Assembly (NCBI GenBank): GCA_965261545.1
Contig: CBDHDF010000010.1
Location: 384,001 to 448,000 of the forward strand
Source: Bdellovibrionales bacterium
GTDB lineage: Bacteria > Bdellovibrionota > Bdellovibrionia > Bdellovibrionales > UBA1609
DNA: 64,000 bases
Reading direction: 5' to 3'
Positions 43,311 to 53,621 of this stretch are shown here, one piece after another. Within the stretch, counting starts at the first letter, position 1. Every line of letters starts with the position of its first letter. A program made the position numbers and the translations under genes. The notes under the pieces were generated by a model that was not told where the DNA came from, did no database searches, and worked only from the letters and a program-made list of their open reading frames with translations.

Positions 43311-43553
43311 GATAACTCCTTCGCTTTTTTTGGTAACTGTTCAGGGGGAGGCAGAGTTCAAGAAGTCAAGCCCGACCTTGCCAGAAAAACGTAAACCTCT
43401 TTTTATAAACTCGTGCCCCCCTCTGAACAGTTACTTTCTTTGTAAGAGTTCCCACCTTAACCCACCAACTCCCTCTTGTACCACAAACCTAAAGTGCAAC
43501 CAAGCCCCATTTTCTTAGTTTTTGCCGGTAGCTTTTGCTACCGGACAGTTCAT

Positions 43554-44804
43554 TCAACCTCTCCCCCTTCCCTTATGCCCACCAAATAAAGATTCAATTT
43601 GAATATAAATACCTGGGGTAGGGCGAAAAGAGCGCTCCCGGGGAAGTATAAGTTCAGGGCGAACTTGCACAGACACCCAACCTCGATAAAAGGACCTTTG
43701 ATAGGCGGCATAAATTCTATAACGCTCCACCATCAAATAAGAACTTTCATTGTTTCTCTCGCTTTCAAAAAGGCTTCCATAAATCAAAAGATTCTTCGAA
43801 TCAATACGGTGAGTGATACTAAGGCCATGGAAGAGACTCAAAGTCTCCTCAGAAATGGTCCACAAAAGATGATTATCAAAATGAAGTAAATATTTTTCAG
43901 AAATTCTACGATCTATTTCAAAGCCTGTCCTATACTCCCATCCTCTGGATTTAAACCAAGAAATACTCCCCTCTAACAACAATTCAAGCTCACGGGTGGG
44001 GAGCCAAAGCTTTCTCACACGCCCCCTCATAAAGGGGTCTAACTTTCGAGACTTCATCCGAATTCCTAAATCTTGGTCCCAGTGAAGCCCATAGCCCCCA
44101 AAAAAATTTTTTAAATGATTATTTTTTTCTTCACTCTGCAAAAAATGGCTCCCTTCGCCTTGACGCTTTAAACAACAAAAATGGTGCATACGCCGCCCTA
44201 TGGCCCTTATTTTTTTTTCAAAACGCGGGAAAACTAACCTAAATGAAGGTTTAACATCACCTTCAAAACCCTCCCCCTCCACGAAAGAAGACGTAAGTCT
44301 CACTCTTAGCCTAGAGGCCTTCTTCCTCTCCCCCACCTCTTCATCAACAAAAAATGTATCAATAGACTCAGATAGACCTATAACAGAATTACTTAGAGTA
44401 TGGTGCACTTGAAAAAAAACGTCTCCGTTAAACAAAGATACTCCAGAATAAGGGTCCCCACGGAAAAGCACTAAGTCCTCATGCTGCGAAGAATGAACAT
44501 ACGGCAACGGCTGTGCCTTTAAATAGCAAATGGATTCTAGTAACTGATCCTTTGTATAGCAGGAAAACCCTGGGTTCCCCTTAGGAACCTGCTCTAAGGT
44601 ATGAAGAAATGGGTCTATGGACTTATATTTAAATCCACCATAGGAGGAAAAAGAGGTCAAAGTAAGAGAAAGTAGGCAAAAGCCATAAAGATAAAGTTTG
44701 ACCATAAACCTACAAGGTAAAAGGTTTTCAAAACGTATCAACTCATCTAGACTCTTTTTCATTAGTCCCTTCCTCCCCTCTACAGGAAAGGAAGGGACTT
44801 TCAT
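43554..44804 (-). CDS. Hypothetical exported protein, C-terminal part beta-barrel-like
   Basis: Signal-like segment, alternating-residue strands, YIQIESLF near the C-terminus; start uncertain. Confidence 0.55.
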   Translation of the reverse strand: MKVPSFPVEGRKGLMKKSLDELIRFENLLPCRFMVKLYLYGFCLLSLTLTSFSSYGGFKYKSIDPFLHTLEQVPKGNPGFSCYTKDQLLESICYLKAQPLPYVHSSQHEDLVLFRGDPYSGVSLFNGDVFFQVHHTLSNSVIGLSESIDTFFVDEEVGERKKASRLRVRLTSSFVEGEGFEGDVKPSFRLVFPRFEKKIRAIGRRMHHFCCLKRQGEGSHFLQSEEKNNHLKNFFGGYGLHWDQDLGIRMKSRKLDPFMRGRVRKLWLPTRELELLLEGSISWFKSRGWEYRTGFEIDRRISEKYLLHFDNHLLWTISEETLSLFHGLSITHRIDSKNLLIYGSLFESERNNESSYLMVERYRIYAAYQRSFYRGWVSVQVRPELILPRERSFRPTPGIYIQIESLFGGHKGRGRG

Positions 44805-44841
44805 ATTTGCATCGTGGAGCCTAACCTTAATCTTAATCTAG

Positions 44842-45174
44842 TTACTTCTTTTTTTTGGGACGACCTACTTTTTTTGCCCCCACCTTCCTAGTGGCTCGTT
44901 TTTTGGTCGCTTTTTTGGCAGTTTTTCTAGTGGTGCTCTTTTTTGGACGGCCTACTTTTTTTGCCCTTACCTTTTTAGCGGTTTTCTTCTTTATAGTCTT
45001 TTTTGTTTTTTTCTTTGTAGTCTTCTTTGTGATTTTCTTAGCAGCCCTTTTGGTGACCTTCTTTTTTGGACGACCTACTTTACTAGCTCCCCTACTTTTA
45101 GCCGTCTTTTTTGTTGTTTTCTTCTTACTGCCTCTCTTCTTAGAAGTTTTAGCTTTTGCTTTTGTTTTAGGCAT
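44842..45174 (-). CDS. Histone H1-like basic protein with three KVGRPKK motifs
   Basis: 47 Lys + 10 Arg in 110 aa, no acidic residues; GGAGG RBS. Confidence 0.75.
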   Translation of the reverse strand: MPKTKAKAKTSKKRGSKKKTTKKTAKSRGASKVGRPKKKVTKRAAKKITKKTTKKKTKKTIKKKTAKKVRAKKVGRPKKSTTRKTAKKATKKRATRKVGAKKVGRPKKKK

Positions 45175-45350
45175 TTTCCCTCCATTTTTTTTGTTTTACG
45201 CCGCTGTTTACGCCGCTTATTTGCGCCACGAGACGCATACTAATATTAATTCATGTTAACGAAACATCTGCATAAATCAAGAAATAAATCAAGATGATGA
45301 TAAAAAAATTTAAAAAACAGACTTTTTCCAACAAAATTCTTATCCATTCA

Positions 45351-47027
45351 TCATTGCAAACGACGATATTTTAGACGACGAGGAGTTAATGTTTCAACAC
45401 CCAATCTCCCCTTTAAGTCCGCCTCATACTCACTATAATTTCCAATAAACCAATAAACCTGACTATTCCCTTCAAAAGCTAAAATATGAGTGCAAATACG
45501 GTCTAAAAACCAACGATCATGACTAATCACCATAACACAACCCCCATAGCACTCCATCGCCTCCTCAAGAGCGCGCATTGTATTGACATCAAGGTCGTTG
45601 GTGGGCTCATCCAAAAGCATCAGATTACAACCCGTTTTAAGTATTTTTGCTAAGTAAACACGATTTCGTTCTCCCCCAGAGAGTTCCTGTATTTTCTTTT
45701 GCTGATCCCCACCATTAAAATTAAACTTCGATACATAGGCGCGAGAGGACAATTCACGCCCACCAAGTTGCAGTATATCCTGCCCTTCAGAAATTTCTTC
45801 CCAAACTGTTCGGTGGACCTGAATACTTTCGCGAGCCTGATCCACATAAGCCATTTGCACTGTGGAACCTATATGGACACTCCCCTTATCTGGTGAATCT
45901 TGTCCTGTAATCATACGAAATAGTGTGGTTTTTCCTACACCATTGGGGCCAATCACTCCTACAATAGCTCCCTTAGGCAAATCAAAATTCAAATGATCGA
46001 TCAATAGTCGATCACCAAAACCCTTAGAAACTCCCTCAAAGCGAACTACAGAACTTCCAATACGAGGTCCTGGGGGAATATAAATCTGCATTTCTTTAAG
46101 TCTTTCATGGCTTGGTTCTTTAAGTAGGTTTTCATAGGACGAAATTCTCGCCTTGGATTTGGATTGCCGTCCCTTGGGGTTCATACGAATCCAATCCAAT
46201 TCACGCTCAAGGGTTTTCACTCTCCTATCATCAGATTTTTGATCTTGCTTTAACCTCCGCTCCTTTTGCTCCAACCACGAAGAATAATTTCCCTTAAAAG
46301 GAATCCCCTCACCACGGTCGAGTTCTAAAATCCAACCAGCCACATTATCGAGAAAATAGCGATCATGGGTCACGGCAATAACTGTTCCAGGAAATTCAGA
46401 TAAAAAATGCTCCAGCCACGCTACAGATTCTGCATCCAAATGGTTCGTGGGCTCATCGAGCAATAAAATATCGGGGGAGGAAAGCAGCAAGCGACAAAGA
46501 GCCACACGGCGAATTTCACCCCCCGACAGAGAACCTGGTATAGAGTCTTCAGGTGGACACCGAAGAGCCTCCATGGCTCGCTCCACTTTTTGATCAACTT
46601 CCCATCCATCAAGAGTCTCAATTTTTTCCTGAACAATACCTTGGCGATCCATCAAGACTTCCATTTGATCAGGACTTATATTTTCATCACAAAGATCCTG
46701 ACTGATCTTTTGGAATTCCTGTAGGTAGTCATTCAAAGGCCCCAAACCATCGAGAATATTTTCTTTGACCGTCTTTTCGAGGTGAAGTTTAGGCTCCTGC
46801 TCTAGGTAGCCCACCCGATAGTCTTTGGATGGAAGGGACTCTCCGATAAACTCCGTATCAACACCTGCCATAATCCTTAGAAGCGTCGACTTCCCCGATC
46901 CATTCAGACCCAAAACACCAATTTTGGCTCCATAAAAATAAGATAAGTAAATATCTTTCAAGACATACTTCTGCGGAGGATAAACTTTCCCCACACCCTT
47001 CATCGTATAAATAATTTCTTCAGCCAT
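45351..47027 (-). CDS. ettA: Energy-dependent translational throttle ABC-F protein EttA
   Basis: IYTMKGVGKVYPP, GAKIGVLGLNGSGKS, two ABC domains, PKGRQSKSKAR linker. Confidence 0.93.
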   Translation of the reverse strand: MAEEIIYTMKGVGKVYPPQKYVLKDIYLSYFYGAKIGVLGLNGSGKSTLLRIMAGVDTEFIGESLPSKDYRVGYLEQEPKLHLEKTVKENILDGLGPLNDYLQEFQKISQDLCDENISPDQMEVLMDRQGIVQEKIETLDGWEVDQKVERAMEALRCPPEDSIPGSLSGGEIRRVALCRLLLSSPDILLLDEPTNHLDAESVAWLEHFLSEFPGTVIAVTHDRYFLDNVAGWILELDRGEGIPFKGNYSSWLEQKERRLKQDQKSDDRRVKTLERELDWIRMNPKGRQSKSKARISSYENLLKEPSHERLKEMQIYIPPGPRIGSSVVRFEGVSKGFGDRLLIDHLNFDLPKGAIVGVIGPNGVGKTTLFRMITGQDSPDKGSVHIGSTVQMAYVDQARESIQVHRTVWEEISEGQDILQLGGRELSSRAYVSKFNFNGGDQQKKIQELSGGERNRVYLAKILKTGCNLMLLDEPTNDLDVNTMRALEEAMECYGGCVMVISHDRWFLDRICTHILAFEGNSQVYWFIGNYSEYEADLKGRLGVETLTPRRLKYRRLQ

Positions 47028-47199
47028 ATTATATATCCTTCTGATCCTTTTGATCCCTTTGTTTCTATTTTTCTATCTTTGCCATCTTTCTATTTTATAG
47101 AGAACCATTATCCACAAGTAATGCACATACTTAATCACAATCTTTACCTGATGTACTTTTCACTTGTCAAAAGTAGAAATTCCGTTTTTACTTTAGATT

Positions 47200-47379
47200 A
47201 TGACTTTACCCAAAAGAAACCACCCACTTTCACATACAAGTGAGCCCATTCAGAAGGCTCTCAAAAGCTTTGAAAGCCTTATACCTCCTCACCGTACTCC
47301 CCCCCCTCCCAACTCCTTGGGTATCACCCCAAAAAGACTCCAAAGAATTAAAAAGCTTATTCATGAACTATCCCAATAA
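47200..47379 (+). CDS. Putative 59-aa small protein (below ORF-track cutoff)
   Basis: MTLPKRNHPLSHTSEPIQKALKSFESLIP...RLQRIKKLIHELSQ; TTGTCA -35-like hexamer at 47164; no SD. Confidence 0.4.
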   Translation: MTLPKRNHPLSHTSEPIQKALKSFESLIPPHRTPPPPNSLGITPKRLQRIKKLIHELSQ

Positions 47380-47682
47380 TCCCCTCATTTCTCACCCCTA
47401 GATAAGCCACAACAACAAACATAGAAAAACAAAAAAAAATTAAGTCCAAAAAGAGAGAAAGAGAGTGAGAAAAACGAAATAACCATACCTAAGACCAATC
47501 TCCACTTGATGCTAAGAGTTATTTATTCCTTTAAATTCACTCACTATTTATATTTTTATATACTTAGTAACAGTGTGAAAATATCCGCCGGGTGATTATT
47601 ATAAGCCTCATTATGGTCATAAACTTTATTTATAGTCTCCAATGATTCAGTTATAAAGAAAGGTATTCAAAAGGTACTCAAC

Positions 47683-48255
47683 ATGAAAACATGGCCCTAC
47701 TTTTTAAGCATATTCATCATACTTACCACAGTTTTCTTCTCCTCTCTCCCCTTTTCCATGGCTCAACAGGGGGCAAACTCAAATGATAAACAACCTCAAA
47801 GCCAAGAAGAAAAAGAAGGAGATCAGAAGGATCACTCGCCCCATTCCAATATCCCAAGTTCCGCCATCATGGACCTTGCTCAATCCATGGGAATGCTCAA
47901 GGAAATTCAAGAGCTACATAACCAAGACGGAAAAATTCCGCTTTGGAAGCAAATCACCCATGTGATTACAGACCCCTCATTTTTAGCTTCCATTCGAACC
48001 CTAGGCACAAGCCCTGGCGCTGAGCTATTTATCTTTCTTGAGGGTATCGCCTGGGTTCTTATTCTCTTTTTCAGGAGTTGGAGATTTTCCAGCCGTCAAA
48101 TCTCCTTTCTACAATGCTTGTGGATAGATACATGGACAATTTCCATGGGCCTTTTGATTCTGCTTTTTATTATCCCCTTGGCTCTCTTCCAAAAAAGTTT
48201 TTTAGGGCTCATCATTATTATCAGTACCCTATGGGTGGGGCAAAGCCTTGTATAA
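47683..48255 (+). CDS. Hypothetical membrane protein
   Basis: Signal peptide plus C-terminal TM segments; AAGG RBS. Confidence 0.65.
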   Translation: MKTWPYFLSIFIILTTVFFSSLPFSMAQQGANSNDKQPQSQEEKEGDQKDHSPHSNIPSSAIMDLAQSMGMLKEIQELHNQDGKIPLWKQITHVITDPSFLASIRTLGTSPGAELFIFLEGIAWVLILFFRSWRFSSRQISFLQCLWIDTWTISMGLLILLFIIPLALFQKSFLGLIIIISTLWVGQSLV

Positions 48256-48389
48256 CATGTCGCCATCGCAACAAACCCTTGCCTTGCTCACACCACTAGA
48301 ATTTAATTGACTTAAACCACTTTTCTCAATAGGAAGAAAAAAGAGTTGCTCAAGACAAGAAAGAGCTTCTCAAGACAAGAAAGAACTTC

Positions 48390-50105
48390 TCAAAGCGAAG
48401 AATTCGGCGATGAGGGCAAGCTATCAAGCCAATGGGCCAAGCACTGAACGGCCTGACCACTCCCTCCCACCTCCTGCAAAGCACCCTTGGCTCGGTCATT
48501 CCAAGCATAAATATCTAAATGAGCCCAGGGAATATCTTTCACAAAAGACTCTAGGAAAAGAGCTGCTGTGACAGCTCCCCCAAAACCATCTGTACAATTG
48601 GATATATCTGCAAATGTGGACCCAAGCCTCTTCCGCTCGCTTTGAATCAGAGGCATGGGCCACATGGGATCACCACTGTTCAGAGAGGATCTATAAATCT
48701 CATGAACCAAATTCTCACGATTGCCAAATAAGCCCCCCACACCACAGCCCAACGCCATCTTGATAGCCCCCGTAAGAGTCGCTACATCAACCACAACGCA
48801 AGGGTCCCCCTGAGTCACAGCCACATCAAGAGTATCTGCAAGGGCAAGGCGCCCTTCTGCATCTGTATTATGAATCTCCACAGCCATGCCACTTCGAGAC
48901 GTTAAAACATCACTGGGCCTCATCGCTCTTTCAGACACGGAGTTTTCAGCTATGGCCAAATAAAAATCTAACTTCTTTTCGAGACCCGAATGGCAGGCCC
49001 AGTGGGCCAGACCCACCACCACCGCTGACCCTCCCATATCCTTTTTCATCAAGCGCATCCCACGAGAAGGTTTTAAATCGAGTCCTCCCGTATCAAATGT
49101 GACTCCCTTGCCCACAAAGGCCACAGGCTTTCCTTGAGCCCCTGGTGGCCTATACCGAATATGAACCATACAAGCCTTTTCGGTCGCTCCTTGACCCACT
49201 CCCAACAACAGACCCATTCCCTCTTTTTTTAAGCGCCCTTGGTCCCACACAACAACCTCCACCGACGTCTCCTCTTGAAAAAGAGACTCCACGGACGAAG
49301 CATATGTTTGAGGGTTCAATTCTGAGGGAGGAATGTTCACCAAGTGTCGTGCTATATTCACGGAAGCTCCTAAAGCAAGAGCCCTTTTCTGCTCTTGCTC
49401 AGTGACCTCTTCTCCTCCCAACTTATGGAGATACAAGCTGGGACCAAGATTTAGGTGTTTAAAATTCTTATATTTATAAGACCCCATCTCTAGACCCACC
49501 AATCCCCCCACGACTTGGTCTGAATGACAATCCACAAAGCAAACCTCCATGGAAGAAAGACCTTCTGAAAAGACCTGCGTAAACATAGATCCCAAGCTAT
49601 CCCTCGCCCCAGAATAAAGACTTATGTCATTCACGGTTTTAGGGGATATGCAAAGCCTTGATGCCACCCATAAGTTCACAACCCAGATCGGCCCACTCCG
49701 AACTTCGAAGCGAGTTGTCACACAAACACTCCCTTTTCCTCTGCCGACCTTAACTTCTTTCTTACTTCTAGCCTCGCTTTCTATCTCATACCCTGTCCCA
49801 CCTTCTACCTTGCTTCCTGCCTCGCTTTCCCTCCCTTGACAACGCTCCCACTGCCAGGGATGCAAAACATCCTTCAACACCCTCATCCCACCTGTTGTGA
49901 CAGAAGAAGGCTTTTTACCGAACACGAAAATGCGACCATGAAGCGAGTCACCCGGGGACCATGATACATTGGTAGAAGAAGAAGTGGGAATGGGAGAAAT
50001 GGGAAACTTAGGAACCTGATTCCATTTTGCCCACCGAAGAATAGATGAGACTGCAAGGGGTGAAGAATTTGAAATCATATTTTCTGAAATCATGCTTGCA
50101 GTCAT
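48390..50105 (-). CDS. M17 leucyl aminopeptidase family protein
   Basis: VGKGVTFDTGG, MKKDMGG, NTDAEGRL, ATLTGA, WAHLDI; start uncertain. Confidence 0.92.
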   Translation of the reverse strand: MTASMISENMISNSSPLAVSSILRWAKWNQVPKFPISPIPTSSSTNVSWSPGDSLHGRIFVFGKKPSSVTTGGMRVLKDVLHPWQWERCQGRESEAGSKVEGGTGYEIESEARSKKEVKVGRGKGSVCVTTRFEVRSGPIWVVNLWVASRLCISPKTVNDISLYSGARDSLGSMFTQVFSEGLSSMEVCFVDCHSDQVVGGLVGLEMGSYKYKNFKHLNLGPSLYLHKLGGEEVTEQEQKRALALGASVNIARHLVNIPPSELNPQTYASSVESLFQEETSVEVVVWDQGRLKKEGMGLLLGVGQGATEKACMVHIRYRPPGAQGKPVAFVGKGVTFDTGGLDLKPSRGMRLMKKDMGGSAVVVGLAHWACHSGLEKKLDFYLAIAENSVSERAMRPSDVLTSRSGMAVEIHNTDAEGRLALADTLDVAVTQGDPCVVVDVATLTGAIKMALGCGVGGLFGNRENLVHEIYRSSLNSGDPMWPMPLIQSERKRLGSTFADISNCTDGFGGAVTAALFLESFVKDIPWAHLDIYAWNDRAKGALQEVGGSGQAVQCLAHWLDSLPSSPNSSL

Positions 50106-50277
50106 ACAAAAATTTTTCTGTATTCGATAGTGATAATGCGTAAATAATAATGCGCAAAGTTAAAGCTTGCCTACTTCTCAAGCCTAGGGTTAGTTAATCC
50201 TACTCTTAAAATAGGGAGGAGAAATAAAACACTTAAAATCTGATCTCTCAGTTCTTCTCTCAACTCTTCTTTCAACT

Positions 50278-50916
50278 TTGCTCATCTCTGTAACTATGGT
50301 GGCTATGTCTGCTGTTGTAGTTATGCCATTGGAGGTCTATGCCTACCACTCCGTCATGGATACAGGAAATATTATTGAAAGAGGCACATTTAAAGCACAG
50401 GTGGAAAATCAAATCGTTAGCTCTCCTGAAAACCGGCTCAATATCAATGCTCGCTTAGATATGGGATTAAACGAAGAAGCTGAATTTCGTGGTGTTATTG
50501 GAATAGGCGCCACAGACCTCCATGTGGGTGTGTTTTATAAGTGGATCCCCATTCCCGACTTCAGCCAACAACCTGCCGTCGGCCTACTTTCTGGGCTCAC
50601 CTATGCCTCATCAACAAAAGATAATAGCCTCACCCTCCACTTTAACCCCATTGTTAGCAAAACCTTTGAGATGGAACTTGGGGAAATCACTCCCTACGCC
50701 TCCCTCCCCATAGGTCTTCGCTCAACAAGTCGATATAACTCTAGCACCAAATTAGATATTCCCGTTCACCTCACCTTGGGGGGAGAACTTCGAACCACCC
50801 CGTGGGATAAGGTGCGGTTTATGGCTGAAATAAGCTTCAATATCCAAAACACTTTTAACTATTTTAACTTAGGTGCCAATATTAGCTTTGACGAAGAAGG
50901 CATGCTACTCAGATAG
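50278..50916 (+). CDS. Exported protein, probable small outer-membrane beta-barrel
   Basis: Signal-like N-terminus, alternating strands; start uncertain. Confidence 0.6.
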   Translation: MLISVTMVAMSAVVVMPLEVYAYHSVMDTGNIIERGTFKAQVENQIVSSPENRLNINARLDMGLNEEAEFRGVIGIGATDLHVGVFYKWIPIPDFSQQPAVGLLSGLTYASSTKDNSLTLHFNPIVSKTFEMELGEITPYASLPIGLRSTSRYNSSTKLDIPVHLTLGGELRTTPWDKVRFMAEISFNIQNTFNYFNLGANISFDEEGMLLR

Positions 50917-50996
50917 GATTCAGGCAAGGCAATAGCCAAATCACAAATAAAAAATTTCAAATATCAATATCAATATCAATATCAAATAGGAATTGA

Positions 50997-52079
50997 GTGC
51001 AACCTCTACGCATAGCCCACTGGAATATTGAAAATCTTTTTGTCTACCTCCAAGGTCTTCACACCCAAGGTCCTCATTTAGATGCTCATACTGCTTTAGA
51101 TACTCGTGATTTTAGCTTAATGAGTGAAAAGCAATGGCAATCCATGTCCACCAAAGCCAGCGTTAAAAACAAGTCCCTAAAGAAACTACAACAGGTCAGA
51201 GATGTCATCCTTGATATAAATCCCGATATTCTCATGCTCAATGAGGTCGGTGGAGAAGCTTCCTTAAGAAACTTCACACACTACTTCTTAAATAATCAAT
51301 TTAATAACCATATCATCGAGGGCAACTCCCACCGAGGTATTGACGTAGCCTATTTAACTCGCAAAAACCTTCCTTTAAAAACATATCTCAACACCCACAA
51401 ACATCACCCTATTCCCTTGCATTATCCCTCCGATCCCCCCCTAACAACCTACTACTTTTCAAGGGATGCCTGTGAGCTCCACCTCCACGATGCCCAAAAC
51501 GACCAATTGAAGCTCATTTTGATTCTCACTCATCTTAAGTCAAAATTAGATCCCAAAAATATAGACCCCAAGGGAAAATTTCGAAGGGAGGCTGAACTCA
51601 AAGCTCTTGTGAAAATTTACAACAAGGCCCTCAACAAATACCCCGGCACACCTATCATCGTCGGTGGCGACTTTAACGGATGTGCCCAAAGAGACCATTT
51701 TGACTCTGAATATGAAGACCTTATCCTTCAAACAGACCTTATGGATGTTTTTGACCTTTGCCACCTTAAACCCAACCAAAGGTACACCCAAGTAGATTTC
51801 CCATTTAAAAGGGAGCCCCCACAATTTCTCCAACTGGATTATATCTTTGTTTCAAAGGCTCTTGAAAAAAGAGTCCAACCCCAAGAAACCTATGTTTATC
51901 GCTTTAAAGATCATAGAGGAAAAGAGCTGCCACCACCTAAGACCTACAGAGAAAAGCAAGACCTCCCCTCCGACCACTACCCCGTACTGACAAGTATTCT
52001 CTTGGATGAAATAGGTTGGATGAAAGAAATTGATGAAAGGCAGGACAATGTCTCAAGTGCCCCCAAAAAGAACTTCTAA
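50997..52079 (+). CDS. Endonuclease/exonuclease/phosphatase (EEP) family protein
   Basis: WNIEN, LNEV, HLKS, GDFN, LDYIF, SDHYP. Confidence 0.9.
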   Translation: MQPLRIAHWNIENLFVYLQGLHTQGPHLDAHTALDTRDFSLMSEKQWQSMSTKASVKNKSLKKLQQVRDVILDINPDILMLNEVGGEASLRNFTHYFLNNQFNNHIIEGNSHRGIDVAYLTRKNLPLKTYLNTHKHHPIPLHYPSDPPLTTYYFSRDACELHLHDAQNDQLKLILILTHLKSKLDPKNIDPKGKFRREAELKALVKIYNKALNKYPGTPIIVGGDFNGCAQRDHFDSEYEDLILQTDLMDVFDLCHLKPNQRYTQVDFPFKREPPQFLQLDYIFVSKALEKRVQPQETYVYRFKDHRGKELPPPKTYREKQDLPSDHYPVLTSILLDEIGWMKEIDERQDNVSSAPKKNF

Positions 52080-52467
52080 AAAAAAACGAAGAGGTTATTT
52101 ATCCTCCTCTTCGGAAATACTACAAAGTGTACTTCAAGAGAAAAGCTCCCCCATATCAACTCAGTTCACACGCTGGAAACTCTGGCATTGTTGGGAAAAT
52201 GTGGTGGGCAAAGATATGGCTCAATATACAACACCTGTGGGTTATTTGAGAGGGCGGCTCTATATATGGGTTCGTCACCCCACTCACATGCAAAATTTGA
52301 TTTTCATGGTGGGACCCATTCGAGATAAAATCAATCAATTTATTGGGAGGAAGTGGGTGCAATCTATCCGCTTTACCTTGGATCGTCGGTCTGTCCCTGA
52401 GCAAGCTGAAATGAGTGAAGAATTTCGAAAATTTCTCTCCATGCCCTCTCCTTCAAAAAAAGATTGA
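52030..52467 (+). CDS. DUF721/DciA-like protein
   Basis: WENVVGKDMAQYTTP...G.LYIWV...IRDKINQFIG...IRF pattern. Confidence 0.75.
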   Translation: MMKGRTMSQVPPKRTSKKKRRGYLSSSSEILQSVLQEKSSPISTQFTRWKLWHCWENVVGKDMAQYTTPVGYLRGRLYIWVRHPTHMQNLIFMVGPIRDKINQFIGRKWVQSIRFTLDRRSVPEQAEMSEEFRKFLSMPSPSKKD

Positions 52468-52469
52468 AG

Positions 52470-53612
52470 TCACAAATACCCCTCTCTATCCATAAGACGA
52501 ACAGCTTGGGACTGCAAGAGTCCCGCTTTGACAATATCAACACGATCGGCCTTAAAGGGACCCAATTTCTTTAAAAAAGGTCCCCAAGGAACACGACTAT
52601 TCACAGGATACTCCATATTGGCCTCTACAAATAATTTCTGAGCCACAGGCTCCGAAAGCCACTCAAGAAGCCTTTGAGCCAATTGAGGTTGCTTTGACGA
52701 CTTCAAAAGGCCAGCTCCAGAAATATTGATATGAACTCCTCGCCCCTTCTGATTGGACCAGAAAACACGCACAGGTATGTGAGGTTTTTTCTTTAAAAGC
52801 TGCCCATAGTAATAGGTGTTGGCCACCCCCACATGGCAGAGCCCTGAACCAATAGCCTTCAATAATCGGGAGTCACTTGAAAAAACGGGAGCCACTAGGT
52901 TTTTCACCCAAGCACGAATGACTTTTCCTGTAGCATCTTCCCCATTGTGGGCAATCATAGTTGCCACGAGAGACTGATTGTAAACCTTCTTAGAAGTACG
53001 CAGGCAAAGTCTTCCTCGCCACTTCGAGGAGGCTAAATCTTCATAGGTTGAAAGCTCCTTCACATTCACCTTATTTGGATTGTAAAATATAGTGCGGGCT
53101 CTTTTTGAAAAACCAAACCAGTGATTTTCAGGGTCTTTTAAAAATGAAGGAATATTCTTTGCAAGGGGGATGGATGAAATACTCTGAAAGAGCCCCTCTT
53201 TACGAGCCAAGTATAAGTTCCCAGCATCCACTGTCATAAAAATATCCACAGAACTTGATTTCCCCTCACGAATCAATTTTTGAATCAACACCCCCGCTTT
53301 ATCCGTAAGATACTTCACTTGGATTCCCGTTTCTTTTTCAAAAGCCTTAAACACAGGTTTAATCAAATGCTCTTTGCGAGAGCTATAAACTGTCACTACC
53401 CTGGGAGTTGAAGGCGAAGTGGCCTTCTTAGAAGGATTGGAAGGGACGGCCGAGGAGGGCGCAGAGGGAGAGGCAAAAGGGGACGCGGAGGGTGCAGAGG
53501 CAGAAGGGGAGACAGAGGGAGAAGAGGCAAAGACCGGAGACTCAATGATAGAAGTCCAAGCAAGAGACAAAGTAAAAAACAAAATATGCGAAAGATAAAA
53601 TCTCATGCCCAT
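52470..53612 (-). CDS. Fe(III) ABC transporter substrate-binding protein (FbpA/FutA-like)
   Basis: VYSSR, TVDAGNL, RAR, VANTYYY, HINISGAG, NMEYP; Ser/Pro linker after the signal peptide. Confidence 0.88.
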   Translation of the reverse strand: MGMRFYLSHILFFTLSLAWTSIIESPVFASSPSVSPSASAPSASPFASPSAPSSAVPSNPSKKATSPSTPRVVTVYSSRKEHLIKPVFKAFEKETGIQVKYLTDKAGVLIQKLIREGKSSSVDIFMTVDAGNLYLARKEGLFQSISSIPLAKNIPSFLKDPENHWFGFSKRARTIFYNPNKVNVKELSTYEDLASSKWRGRLCLRTSKKVYNQSLVATMIAHNGEDATGKVIRAWVKNLVAPVFSSDSRLLKAIGSGLCHVGVANTYYYGQLLKKKPHIPVRVFWSNQKGRGVHINISGAGLLKSSKQPQLAQRLLEWLSEPVAQKLFVEANMEYPVNSRVPWGPFLKKLGPFKADRVDIVKAGLLQSQAVRLMDREGYL

Positions 53613-53621
53613 ACAAGCCTC

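Noticed and set aside
43525..43544. CCGGTAGC-TTTT-GCTACCGG as an intrinsic terminator
   Set aside because: Real hairpin just after the 43554 stop, but no U-tract on the transcribed minus strand, so not called
44855..45259. Phe/Val-rich membrane-like ORF
   Set aside because: Antisense shadow of the Lys-rich gene, which has the RBS
45231..45260. dif-like site (CGCATA...ATGTTAA)
   Set aside because: Arm spacing is longer than the 6-bp core and both arms match poorly
47028..47682. oriC in the long ettA intergenic region
   Set aside because: Only one clear DnaA box and no dnaA/dnaN/gidA context
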